From Spirochaetales bacterium (GTDB lineage: Bacteria > Spirochaetota > Spirochaetia > JABEVK01): a stretch of DNA of 64,000 bases. This document shows positions 26,924-35,229 of the stretch, piece by piece (the stretch's first letter is position 1; the number at the start of each line of letters is the position of its first letter). Below the pieces are notes generated by a model. That model was not told the origin of the DNA. It searched no databases and saw only the letters and a list, made by a program, of their open reading frames with translations. The DNA lies in the NCBI GenBank assembly GCA_037142615.1, contig JBAXAI010000011.1, forward strand, positions 32,001-96,000, written 5' to 3'. The translations under genes and the position numbers were made by a program.

Positions 26924-28437
26924 GCGAACACCACCACCGCACCCTGGCCGAACTCGACAGCGAGGCCGTCGCCGTCTGGAACGAATACGAGCCCCAAGTG
27001 GCCGCTGGTACCCTCAAGGCCAAGGACCGCGCCAAGATTCCGCAGATGGATATGCCCAGCCAGGACCCGTCGGTCCGTCGTCACAACCAGGGCGAAGTGG
27101 CCCTGGGCTACACCGAGGCGCAAGTGCGCGTCGAAGCGCTGCGCTGTCTGGACTGCAAGAACGCCCCCTGCGTGGCGGGTTGCCCCGTCACCATCGACAT
27201 TCCCGGCTTCGTCAAGTTGGCCGCCGAGGGCAAGTTCCAGGAATCGATTGACCTGATCAAGCAGTCCAGCGTCCTGCCTGCGGTTTGTGGACGCGTGTGC
27301 CCCCAGGAAAGCCAGTGCATGGAACTGTGCACCGTGGGCAAAGTTGCCAAGGACCGCATGAAGTCGGTGGCCATCGGCCGCATCGAGCGCTTTGTGGCCG
27401 ACAGGGAGCGCGAAAGCGGAGCCGTCAACGTTCCTGCCATCGCAGCGCACACCGGCTGCAGCGTCGCCATCATCGGCTCGGGACCCGCGGGGTTGACGGC
27501 TGCCGCCGATTTGCGCAAGGCCGGTCACGAGGTCTCGATCTTCGAAGCCTTCCACAAGGCCGGCGGCGTCATGGTGTACGGCATTCCCGAGTTCCGTCTG
27601 CCCAAGGCCATTGTCGAGCAAGAAATTGCCACGCTGGCTGCCATGGGGGTCGAGTTTCACCACAACTTTTTGATCGGGCGAACGCGTACCATCAAAGACC
27701 TCATCGAGAAGGACGGGTTCGACGCCATCTTCATCGGTTCCGGCGCAGGCCTGCCGCAGTTCATGAACATCGAGGGCGAGAACCTGGTCGGCGTGTTCAG
27801 CGCCAACGAGTACCTCACCCGATCGAACCTGATGAAGGCCTACGACCGCGCCAACGTCGATACCCCCATCTTCCAGTCCAAAAAGGTGGCCGTGCTCGGT
27901 GGTGGCAACGTGGCCATGGACGCCGCCCGCATGGCGTTGCGCCTGGGTGCCGAAGAGGTCAACATCATCTACCGCCGCACCCGCGACGAAATGCCAGCCC
28001 GCGCCGAAGAGGTCGAGCATGCCGCCGAAGAGGGCATCACGTTCCACTTTTTGTCGAACCCGGTGAGGATTTTGGGCGACGAGACCGGCCGCGTGAAGGC
28101 CGTCGAGTGCCAGCGCTACGAACTGGGCGAGGCCGACGCCTCGGGTCGCCGCAAACCCTTGCCCATCGAAGGGGCATTTTTCACCCTTGAAATGGACACC
28201 GTGATTCCGGCGCTTGGCAACGTGTCGAACCCGCTGATCAAGCAGACCACCATCGAACTCGAAACCAACAAGCGGGGCAACATCGTGGTCGATGACCAAA
28301 AGCGCACGTCGATGCCGCGGGTCTACGCGGGCGGCGACATCGTGCTCGGCGCTGCCACGGTCATCCTGGCGATGGGCGAAGGTCGCACCGCCGCCGCTGC
28401 CATCACCAAGGACCTGGCCGAGCGGCGCTGGGGCTGA
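26920..28437 (+). CDS. nfnB: NfnB/SudA large subunit (often annotated as homotetrameric glutamate synthase)
   Basis: RCLDCKNAPCVAGCP, CGRVCPQESQC, YGIPEFRLPK, SANEYLTR, GAATVILAMG; directly follows nfnA; GTG start overlaps its stop. Confidence 0.9.
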   Translation: MSEHHHRTLAELDSEAVAVWNEYEPQVAAGTLKAKDRAKIPQMDMPSQDPSVRRHNQGEVALGYTEAQVRVEALRCLDCKNAPCVAGCPVTIDIPGFVKLAAEGKFQESIDLIKQSSVLPAVCGRVCPQESQCMELCTVGKVAKDRMKSVAIGRIERFVADRERESGAVNVPAIAAHTGCSVAIIGSGPAGLTAAADLRKAGHEVSIFEAFHKAGGVMVYGIPEFRLPKAIVEQEIATLAAMGVEFHHNFLIGRTRTIKDLIEKDGFDAIFIGSGAGLPQFMNIEGENLVGVFSANEYLTRSNLMKAYDRANVDTPIFQSKKVAVLGGGNVAMDAARMALRLGAEEVNIIYRRTRDEMPARAEEVEHAAEEGITFHFLSNPVRILGDETGRVKAVECQRYELGEADASGRRKPLPIEGAFFTLEMDTVIPALGNVSNPLIKQTTIELETNKRGNIVVDDQKRTSMPRVYAGGDIVLGAATVILAMGEGRTAAAAITKDLAERRWG

Positions 28438-28441
28438 CGCC

Positions 28442-28789
28442 ATGGAAACCCGCGAGCTGGTCGCCTCGGTCAAGGAACGCTTTCAAGACATCCGGTGTCT
28501 GCAGGTCGAGCACTACCTGGGCCTGATGTCGAGTCCGTTGCGGTTCCACATCCTGTGTGCGCTGAACACGCACTCGTTCTCGGTGGGCGAACTGGTCGAG
28601 ATCTGCGAAGGCACGCTGTCGAACGTCAGTCAGCAGCTCAAGCTGCTCTGGATGGGCGGCTTGATCACCAAGGCCCGCCAGGGCAAAACCATCGTCTACT
28701 CGCTCGGTGACCAGCGTGTCGCCCAGCTCATCGCCACGCTCGAGGAGCTGTTCGCCAAAGAAGTGACAGCCTGCGTGGACGAGGACTAG
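28442..28789 (+). CDS. ArsR family regulator, BigR/SqrR-like
   Basis: PLRFHILCAL, SVGEL, SNVSQQL, RQGKTIVY; C-terminal Cys. Confidence 0.85.
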   Translation: METRELVASVKERFQDIRCLQVEHYLGLMSSPLRFHILCALNTHSFSVGELVEICEGTLSNVSQQLKLLWMGGLITKARQGKTIVYSLGDQRVAQLIATLEELFAKEVTACVDED

Positions 28790-28815
28790 GAGACTTCAGC
28801 GGCCACCGCGCCTTC

Positions 28816-30162
28816 CTACAGGTCCAGCGCGACGCTCGCACTCACACTGCCCTGCGATTGCGCGCGCTGGGCGGCAGTCATTGACCCGTAGGTGCCCAGT
28901 TCGTAGGCCAAAAGCAGCGGCAAAGTTGCTGACACCGAGGCCCTCACCACCAGGAGTTTGGTGCTGAACCCGGCGGTGACGGCACCGAGCAGGGGGTCGA
29001 AGGTCGAGATCATGGTGCGATACTCACCGGGCAGAGGTTGCTGGTAGCCCAACCGTAAGAGCGCCTCGAGGCCGCTGGCCTTGATTCCAGCTTCGACTCC
29101 GGCCGCCAGTTGGCGAAGATTGACGTCACCCACCCGCGAAAGATCCAAGTCGGCGGCGAGCCAAAACGGGTTCGTGGTATCTGAGAACTTGTCGTCGGAA
29201 GGCATAACAGAGAACCCGACGGTGGTGGTGCTGAGCAAGGCCGTGGCCAACTCGCCGTTATAGGCCTTGTCCAAAAAGGGCAGCACGTTGGCGTTGTAGG
29301 CCGCCGCGTTGAGGATGCCAAGGGTGAACACCACGCCGAGGCCGACCTGAAGGCTTGAGTCGGCACCGAAGTTCGTTTGAGACGGGCCCAGAACCGAAAC
29401 GAGCGACGGACCGCCAGGGTTGGAGAGTTCCTTGAGTCCCAAGAACGCGTCGTAGTGGCTGGTGGTGAAGTACCGAAGGTTCGCCCCCACCGCGACGGGC
29501 CCCAGAGGCAGACCAAGTCCGGCCACGGCGCCCAGCGTGCGCTGCACCGAAACTTCGATCGGGGTGTCGAGCCCCGCGTAGCCGGTCGGCAAAAGCGCCA
29601 CGTGGTAGTCGCCGAGCAACGCAAGCCCCCAGAAACGCCCCCCCAGCAGCACGCGGGGCCTGAGGTCCAGCGGACCGAAGTTGCTCAGGTTGTCGTAGGC
29701 CGAGTACGACGCGTAGTACTGCCGGTAGAGCAGGTACTTGTCGCCTGGGCTCAGCGAATCGAAACTCGCGGCGTCCCTGCCCAGTTCGGTCATCAACGCG
29801 GTCAGCTCGGTGCGGTACACGGCAAAATCAACCGGGATCCAGGCTCCCAAAAAGTTGTCCCAGTACGCGTAGTGTTTGGCATTATCGGCGTACGCGAACC
29901 CGGTGCGTTCTTGCACATCGGGCAACGAGGGAATACCGAGTAAACCCTTGTTGAACGAGGCCGAGGCGTTCAGCTCAGTGTCGAAAAAGCCCTTGCGCAA
30001 ATACGCCAGCCCGGCGGGGTTGTAAAAAAGGGTGTTCATGTCGTCGCCCAAGGCGGTCATCGCCCCGGCCATTCCCTGAGCCCTGGTGTCGCCCGTTTGG
30101 GCCGAGAGCGCGAGCGGGAGCGTCAAGATGAGCGACCCAACGGTTCTGAGGATGTATTTCAT
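28816..30162 (-). CDS. Putative outer-membrane beta-barrel protein (TraF/PorV/FadL-like N-terminus)
   Basis: Signal peptide, RAQGMAGAMTALGDD..LFYNPAGL motif, amphipathic beta strands. Confidence 0.68.
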   Translation of the reverse strand: MKYILRTVGSLILTLPLALSAQTGDTRAQGMAGAMTALGDDMNTLFYNPAGLAYLRKGFFDTELNASASFNKGLLGIPSLPDVQERTGFAYADNAKHYAYWDNFLGAWIPVDFAVYRTELTALMTELGRDAASFDSLSPGDKYLLYRQYYASYSAYDNLSNFGPLDLRPRVLLGGRFWGLALLGDYHVALLPTGYAGLDTPIEVSVQRTLGAVAGLGLPLGPVAVGANLRYFTTSHYDAFLGLKELSNPGGPSLVSVLGPSQTNFGADSSLQVGLGVVFTLGILNAAAYNANVLPFLDKAYNGELATALLSTTTVGFSVMPSDDKFSDTTNPFWLAADLDLSRVGDVNLRQLAAGVEAGIKASGLEALLRLGYQQPLPGEYRTMISTFDPLLGAVTAGFSTKLLVVRASVSATLPLLLAYELGTYGSMTAAQRAQSQGSVSASVALDL

Positions 30163-30743
30163 TGTGAAACCTTGACTTGAACGAAGTTCGACTTGCCCTG
30201 CCCGTCAGGCAGCGTGTCGCGGAACGTGACGCCTTCGACGATGTACCCGGCAGGACCGTAGCCCCACCAGCCATCGGAAGAGACCAAACCATAGCCGGTG
30301 AGTTTGTCAGCCGTCAGGCCAAACATCGAGTCCTTGAGCCATTCGAGACCTTCCCGATGGTCGTTCATCTTGAGCTCGAGAAGGTCAAAGGAGCCCTCGT
30401 AGTGAAGGACGCTCAGGTCTTTCGACAGGGGGAGTTGGTAAATGGCCCGGTAGGTGTCGTTGCCCATCAGGTCGTAAGCGCCGCTTTTCGACTGGGCGGC
30501 GAGCCAGAAGTACAGCACCTCGGGCGAAAGGTAGTCCGACCCGAGTTCCCTCTGGAGCTCCTGGCGAGCCGCAGCGTTGATGTCAACCTGAAACAGAACG
30601 GTCGAAGGCTGGCCCGGCAGCTGGGAGGAACTGAGGGTGTAGATGGCGCGTCCAGGCAGACCTGAATCATTCCCTTGGTTGAGCGAGCACGAGAAAAGGG
30701 CAAAAAAGACAAGCGGTAGAACGCAAAGAGGTTTGCGGCGCAT
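30159..30743 (-). CDS. Hypothetical lipoprotein
   Basis: MRRK..FFALFSC spirochaete-type lipobox; stop overlaps the next start. Confidence 0.7.
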   Translation of the reverse strand: MRRKPLCVLPLVFFALFSCSLNQGNDSGLPGRAIYTLSSSQLPGQPSTVLFQVDINAAARQELQRELGSDYLSPEVLYFWLAAQSKSGAYDLMGNDTYRAIYQLPLSKDLSVLHYEGSFDLLELKMNDHREGLEWLKDSMFGLTADKLTGYGLVSSDGWWGYGPAGYIVEGVTFRDTLPDGQGKSNFVQVKVSQ

Positions 30744-30846
30744 AGAAGCCTCCTGGGAGGACAACTTTTAGCTGATAGGGTGTTTATACACCTTAAACTC
30801 CGAAATTTCGGGGATTTCGCAAACAATTGTGGATTTTTTGGAGAAA

Positions 30847-31239
30847 TTATTCTTGGACCGGCTCGCGTGAGCGTGTCGCGGCCAATTCCCGCTCTTCGAC
30901 CGTAGCGGGAAACAGGCGCTGTTCGCAACCAGCGAGGGTCACAGCCATGTGCTGGCCGGCGACGGTGAGCGAAAGGACCTTGCGGCGGCCGTCGCCCCGG
31001 CTGAGGTCACGGAAAATGAGGCCCTTGAGGTCGAGAGTCTTGATGACCCGCGAAAGGCTGGCACCGTGGATTCGCAGCTCGTCGGCGAGATCACCTGCGC
31101 TGAGCGGACCTTTGGCCAAGCAACACAGGGCGAAGCTCTGGTTGAGATTCAGGCCGGTCTCCGTGCGCAGCGACGACTCCAGCTGCACCACCGTCGCCAT
31201 GAGATCCTTGACCTGACACAGATCCTTGAGGTTCAGCAT
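30847..31239 (-). CDS. MarR family transcriptional regulator
   Basis: SLSRVIKTLDLKGLI.R...DGRRKVLSLT. Confidence 0.88.
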   Translation of the reverse strand: MLNLKDLCQVKDLMATVVQLESSLRTETGLNLNQSFALCCLAKGPLSAGDLADELRIHGASLSRVIKTLDLKGLIFRDLSRGDGRRKVLSLTVAGQHMAVTLAGCEQRLFPATVEERELAATRSREPVQE

Positions 31240-31257
31240 GCGCCCATCCTAACGCCC

Positions 31258-31290
31258 AAGAAAGCCCTCGCCAACCTGCGTTGGCGAGGG
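31258..31290 (-). terminator. Intrinsic terminator after sqr
   Basis: 11 bp stem CCCTCGCCAAC/GTTGGCGAGGG with a 4 nt loop, followed by CTTTCTT on the minus strand. Confidence 0.75.
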
Positions 31291-31298
31291 GTCAGCCT

Positions 31299-32576
31299 CT
31301 ACTTCTTGAAGGTCTTGTAGCCCATCATGCTCAGGCCCATCTTTTCGTAAAAGGGCGCGGCAACCCCGTTGCGGATCTTACGGATGAAGTACTTTTCGAA
31401 AATGATCTTGCCCCAATGCACCCAGATTCCCTTCTTGGCGATGGTGACGTTGCGGGGAGGAATCTGCGGAATGGCCACGAAGCCCATGCTGTTGCCGTCG
31501 CCGGTATCGGCCGCACACAGCGCGTTCCACTCGGGAACCCTGGTCGGAGCCTGACCGTCGAGCTGCGAGCGGATGTTCACCGCGCTGGCAGCGGCCATCG
31601 ATTCGATCATCACGCCCGTTTTGGGGATGCCGGTGGGAACCGCCGTCGGTTCCTTGGGAGCGATGGCCACGCACACCCCCACGCCGTAGATGTTGGGGAA
31701 CTTAGGGTTCTGTTGCTGCGCGTTGATCAGGATGAACCCACGGGGGTTGGTGAGGCCTTCGATGCCCCTTACCGCGTCAACGCCAGTAAAAGCAGGCAGG
31801 ATCATGGAATGCTTGAACGGGAGCTCGTGAACCTTTTTGTCCTTGCCTTCCTCGTCGCATTCCATCACCGTCATTTTGCCGTCTTCGACCTTTTGGATCT
31901 TGGCGTTGGTGATCCAGCGGACGGTGCGGTCGCGCATCATGCCTTCCATCATCCCCTTGGAGTCGCCCACCCCACCCAAGCCGAGGTGCCCGATGTAGGG
32001 TTCGCTGGTGACGTAGGTGATGGGAACTTTGTCGCGGATGCTGCGCCGGCGCAGGTCGGTGTCGGCCTGCAGCATGTACTCGTAGGCAGGGCCAAAGCAA
32101 CTGGCGCCTTGGGCAGCGCCCACGATCATCGGGCCGGGGGCTTCGCAGAACTTAGCCCAGGCGTCGAAGGTTTCGGCGGCGTGATCGACATGGCACACCG
32201 ACTTGGTGAATCCTCCGTGGGGTCCAAGACCCGGGATTTCGTCAAAGGCGAGGCGGGGCCCCGTGGCGATCACGAGGTAATCGTAGGTGATCGAGGTGCC
32301 ATCTTTCATCTCGATGCGATTTTCGGTGGGGTGAACCTTGGCGGCCGCCTGCTGCACAAAGGTGATCTTTTTGCGTTTGAACATGGGGGCGAGCGCCACC
32401 TTGATCTGGTCAGGACGGCGCCAGCCGAAGCCGACCCAAGGGTTCGAAGGGGTAAAGTGGAAAGTCGGACTGTCCGAGATCACCATCACCTCGTCTTCTT
32501 TCCGGGCGTGATGTTTCATTTCGAGCGCAGCCGGTACACCGCCGACGCCAGCGCCAAGGATCACAATGCGTGCCAT
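31299..32576 (-). CDS. sqr: Sulfide:quinone oxidoreductase, type I (SqrA-like)
   Basis: GAGVGG, FTPSNPW, SVCHVDHA, GASCFGPAYE, PKTG.MIE.M, WNALCAAD; all three type I Cys present. Confidence 0.9.
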   Translation of the reverse strand: MARIVILGAGVGGVPAALEMKHHARKEDEVMVISDSPTFHFTPSNPWVGFGWRRPDQIKVALAPMFKRKKITFVQQAAAKVHPTENRIEMKDGTSITYDYLVIATGPRLAFDEIPGLGPHGGFTKSVCHVDHAAETFDAWAKFCEAPGPMIVGAAQGASCFGPAYEYMLQADTDLRRRSIRDKVPITYVTSEPYIGHLGLGGVGDSKGMMEGMMRDRTVRWITNAKIQKVEDGKMTVMECDEEGKDKKVHELPFKHSMILPAFTGVDAVRGIEGLTNPRGFILINAQQQNPKFPNIYGVGVCVAIAPKEPTAVPTGIPKTGVMIESMAAASAVNIRSQLDGQAPTRVPEWNALCAADTGDGNSMGFVAIPQIPPRNVTIAKKGIWVHWGKIIFEKYFIRKIRNGVAAPFYEKMGLSMMGYKTFKK

Positions 32577-32647
32577 GGTTCAAGTCTCCTATGGAGGAAA
32601 TGTTAAGCCCACTTGCAGTATTTAACAAGGTTAAAGGTTAGTCCAGT

Positions 32648-33256
32648 TTATCGGTTCACCCGGGTGCGGAATTGCTCGAGAGCCAGGAGTTCGGGGTCGC
32701 CCGAAAACCCTGCCTCGGACACCCCGACACCCTGGATGTAGCGGGCCCAAAAGTTCACTTGGGCCACCGTGGCCGCAATAACGGTAAAGGCCCTGTCCGA
32801 GAAGTGCCGGTGCAACGCCTCGATCACGGGGTCGGGAAAACGCACCGGCGTGGCACAGACGCACGCGGCGTAGCGCAAGGCAGCCGCCTCGCCGGCGGTT
32901 TCGGGGGTCGAGAACAACGGAGAGTCCCACGGCTTGCCAGTGGCCAGGGCTTTCACCTCGGCAGCTGACACCCCTTCGGCCGCAAAGCCCTGACCGTTCA
33001 GGTCGATGCAAAACGGGCACGACACCTGGTACGAGGCGAACACCCGCAGCAGCTTGAGCAGCCGCCGGGGCACCTCGGGGTCATCGTGAATCACCAGCGC
33101 TTCCATCAGTCCCGTGCCGGCCAAAAGGCGCGGCGACCACGCGAGAATCCGGTTGGCCTCGAGGCGTTTGCCCAGCTTCCGCTCTACCTGCCCCAGCAGC
33201 CAACCCCACGGGAACGGTAGACGGGCCGGCGGGCGAACGAAGGGCTCGGGGGTCAC
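32648..33256 (-). CDS. Carboxymuconolactone decarboxylase/AhpD family protein
   Basis: SYQVSCPFCIDLN CxxC motif, AAALRYA, VNFWAR; GTG start overlaps the upstream stop. Confidence 0.82.
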   Translation of the reverse strand: MTPEPFVRPPARLPFPWGWLLGQVERKLGKRLEANRILAWSPRLLAGTGLMEALVIHDDPEVPRRLLKLLRVFASYQVSCPFCIDLNGQGFAAEGVSAAEVKALATGKPWDSPLFSTPETAGEAAALRYAACVCATPVRFPDPVIEALHRHFSDRAFTVIAATVAQVNFWARYIQGVGVSEAGFSGDPELLALEQFRTRVNR

Positions 33257-33462
33257 AACTTTTTGACCGAAATCGTCTTGACGCCAAAAACGGCCCAAAT
33301 GGGGCACCAGCTGATGCTCGCAGTGACAGCCATAATAACGGCAGCGGCAAGCGCAACCCAAGCCGGCCAGCCGCTCGACCAGAACACGATTCCGGTGATG
33401 ACCAGGCCAACGGCCAGCACGGCGCGGATGATTCGATCCAAAGTCCCTGTGTTTTTTTCCAT
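33253..33462 (-). CDS. DUF2892 (YgaP-like TM) protein
   Basis: MEKNTGTLDRIIR...SWCPIWAVFG. Confidence 0.9.
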   Translation of the reverse strand: MEKNTGTLDRIIRAVLAVGLVITGIVFWSSGWPAWVALAAAVIMAVTASISWCPIWAVFGVKTISVKKL

Positions 33463-33480
33463 GTGTGTACTCCTAGGTTC

Positions 33481-33523
33481 AAGATAACCGGGCCGAGGCC
33501 CCTCGTCGGTGACCGCAGTCACA
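33481..33523 (-). promoter_or_regulatory. Class II Crp/Fnr-dependent promoter
   Basis: GGTGA-N6-TCACA at 33508-33523; minus-strand -10 TATCTT (33486-33481) is 29.5 bp from the site centre, which is -41.5 geometry. Confidence 0.7.
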
Positions 33524-34172
33524 ATTGACGCAAAGTTTCGCGCTCGAGAAGCTTGAGCGAGCCCCGCGACGACTCGATCCACCCCTGACGCTCGAAGTCG
33601 CGCAGGATTCGGGTGACCACCTCGCGGCTCGACCCGACGGCGTCGGCCAGTTCCTGATGGGTTTTGCGCACCGTGTCGTCGGCCGAGGCGACCAGCAGCG
33701 CCGCGACCCGTTGGTCGAGGTGGCGGAAGGCCAGCGCCTCGACCAGTTCGATCACCGAACCCAACCGCTGGGCCAGCTGACCAAACGCCAGCCGCCGGAA
33801 CGACGGCGAGCGGCCGACGAGCGCGACAAACAGTTCGGAAGGCACCATGACGGCCTGCGTGTCGCCATCGACCGAAACCTGAGCAGGGAAGCTGTCGCCG
33901 CCCATCAACGACGTGGCGGTGAGCGGGCAGCATTCGCCGGGACCGAGTGTGTACAGGCGGATGCGACGGGCCGAGTCGGTGGTCTTGGACACTTCCAACA
34001 GGCCTGCGAGCACCAAAGGCGCGGCCGAGCACTCGTCGCCGTCACGAACCAGCACCGTGCCACTTGGCCAGCGGACGACTTGGCGCCGGGTAAGCTCCGA
34101 GGCGAGCAAGGCATCGTCGCGGTCGAGGGAGGGGAAAGCGTTCCAGAATTGCCCGAGCTGAAGAGTGTCCAT
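33519..34172 (-). CDS. Crp/Fnr family transcriptional regulator
   Basis: LYTLGPGECCPLT, THQELADAVGSSREVVTRIL HTH. Confidence 0.93.
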   Translation of the reverse strand: MDTLQLGQFWNAFPSLDRDDALLASELTRRQVVRWPSGTVLVRDGDECSAAPLVLAGLLEVSKTTDSARRIRLYTLGPGECCPLTATSLMGGDSFPAQVSVDGDTQAVMVPSELFVALVGRSPSFRRLAFGQLAQRLGSVIELVEALAFRHLDQRVAALLVASADDTVRKTHQELADAVGSSREVVTRILRDFERQGWIESSRGSLKLLERETLRQL

Positions 34173-34246
34173 GGATCACCTCGGTTTCAGTGTAACAGTT
34201 CAGCCCACGGCTAGACAGTCAGGGCACTTTCGTTCAGGGTTTTGAC

Positions 34247-35164
34247 ATGAAGACCTTTTGCGTCGTTGGCAGCTTGAACATGGACATGGTGACCAGGCTC
34301 GACCACTTCCCGAGGCCGGGGGAAACCTTGACCGGCCAGTCGTTCACCATCTTCCCCGGCGGAAAAGGCGCCAATCAGGCCGTTGCCCTCGCCCGCTTGG
34401 GCTGCGACGTGGTGTTGGTCGGTTCGGTGGGCGACGATTTTCTGGGCCACCGTTACCGCGACACGCTGCGCCAGGAATCGGTGGGAGTCGACAGCGTGGT
34501 GCTGCAGGGCGGCGAAACCGGGACCGCAAGCATTCAAGTCAACGCCACCGGCGAAAACACCATCGTCGTGGTGCCTGGGGCCAACGCCAAGGTGACCCCC
34601 GAAGTGGTCCGGCTGCACGCCGAGCTCATCGCTCGCTCGGAACTCGTGCTGCTGCAGTTGGAAATTCCCATCGAAAGCACTCTCGAAGCGGCCAGGATTG
34701 CCCGCGCGGCGGGCCGCACGGTGCTTCTCGACCCAGCGCCAGCCCGTCCCCTGCCCGACGAGCTGTGGGGTTTGGTCTCGATTCTGACCCCCAACGAAAC
34801 CGAGGCGAGTCTGCTTTCGGGTTGCGACGCCTCGACCGAAGAGGGTCTGCGGGCAGCGGCGCATTGGCTAGTGAACCGGGGGGTCCCGACGGTGGTGATC
34901 AAGGCCGGCAGCCGGGGGGCCTACCTGGCCACCAGTGAGGGCGTGGTCGCGGTGCCGGGGTTTCCCGTCGAAGTGGTCGATACCGTGGCCGCCGGCGATT
35001 CGTTCAACGCCGGTTTAGCCTGCGCGCTGGGCAAAGGACAGCCCCTGGTCCGCGCCATCCGGTTTGCCAACGCGGTCGCGGCGCTATCGACCACGAGCAC
35101 GGGGGCCCAGAGCGCCATGCCCACCTACGCGGCGGCCCGCGAGCTGTTTGAGTCCTGGGACTAG
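34247..35164 (+). CDS. rbsK: Ribokinase
   Basis: GSLNMD, GGKGANQA, LQLEIP, PNETE, DTVAAGDSF. Confidence 0.92.
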   Translation: MKTFCVVGSLNMDMVTRLDHFPRPGETLTGQSFTIFPGGKGANQAVALARLGCDVVLVGSVGDDFLGHRYRDTLRQESVGVDSVVLQGGETGTASIQVNATGENTIVVVPGANAKVTPEVVRLHAELIARSELVLLQLEIPIESTLEAARIARAAGRTVLLDPAPARPLPDELWGLVSILTPNETEASLLSGCDASTEEGLRAAAHWLVNRGVPTVVIKAGSRGAYLATSEGVVAVPGFPVEVVDTVAAGDSFNAGLACALGKGQPLVRAIRFANAVAALSTTSTGAQSAMPTYAAARELFESWD

Positions 35165-35229
35165 CCAGGGAATAGCCCCGCGTTTCGGGCCGCCCTTGAC
35201 ACCTCACCGGGGAAGACCGATGATCGCGC

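Noticed and set aside
26920-28437. Glutamate synthase
   Set aside because: No gltB large subunit; pairing with nfnA indicates NfnB/SudA.
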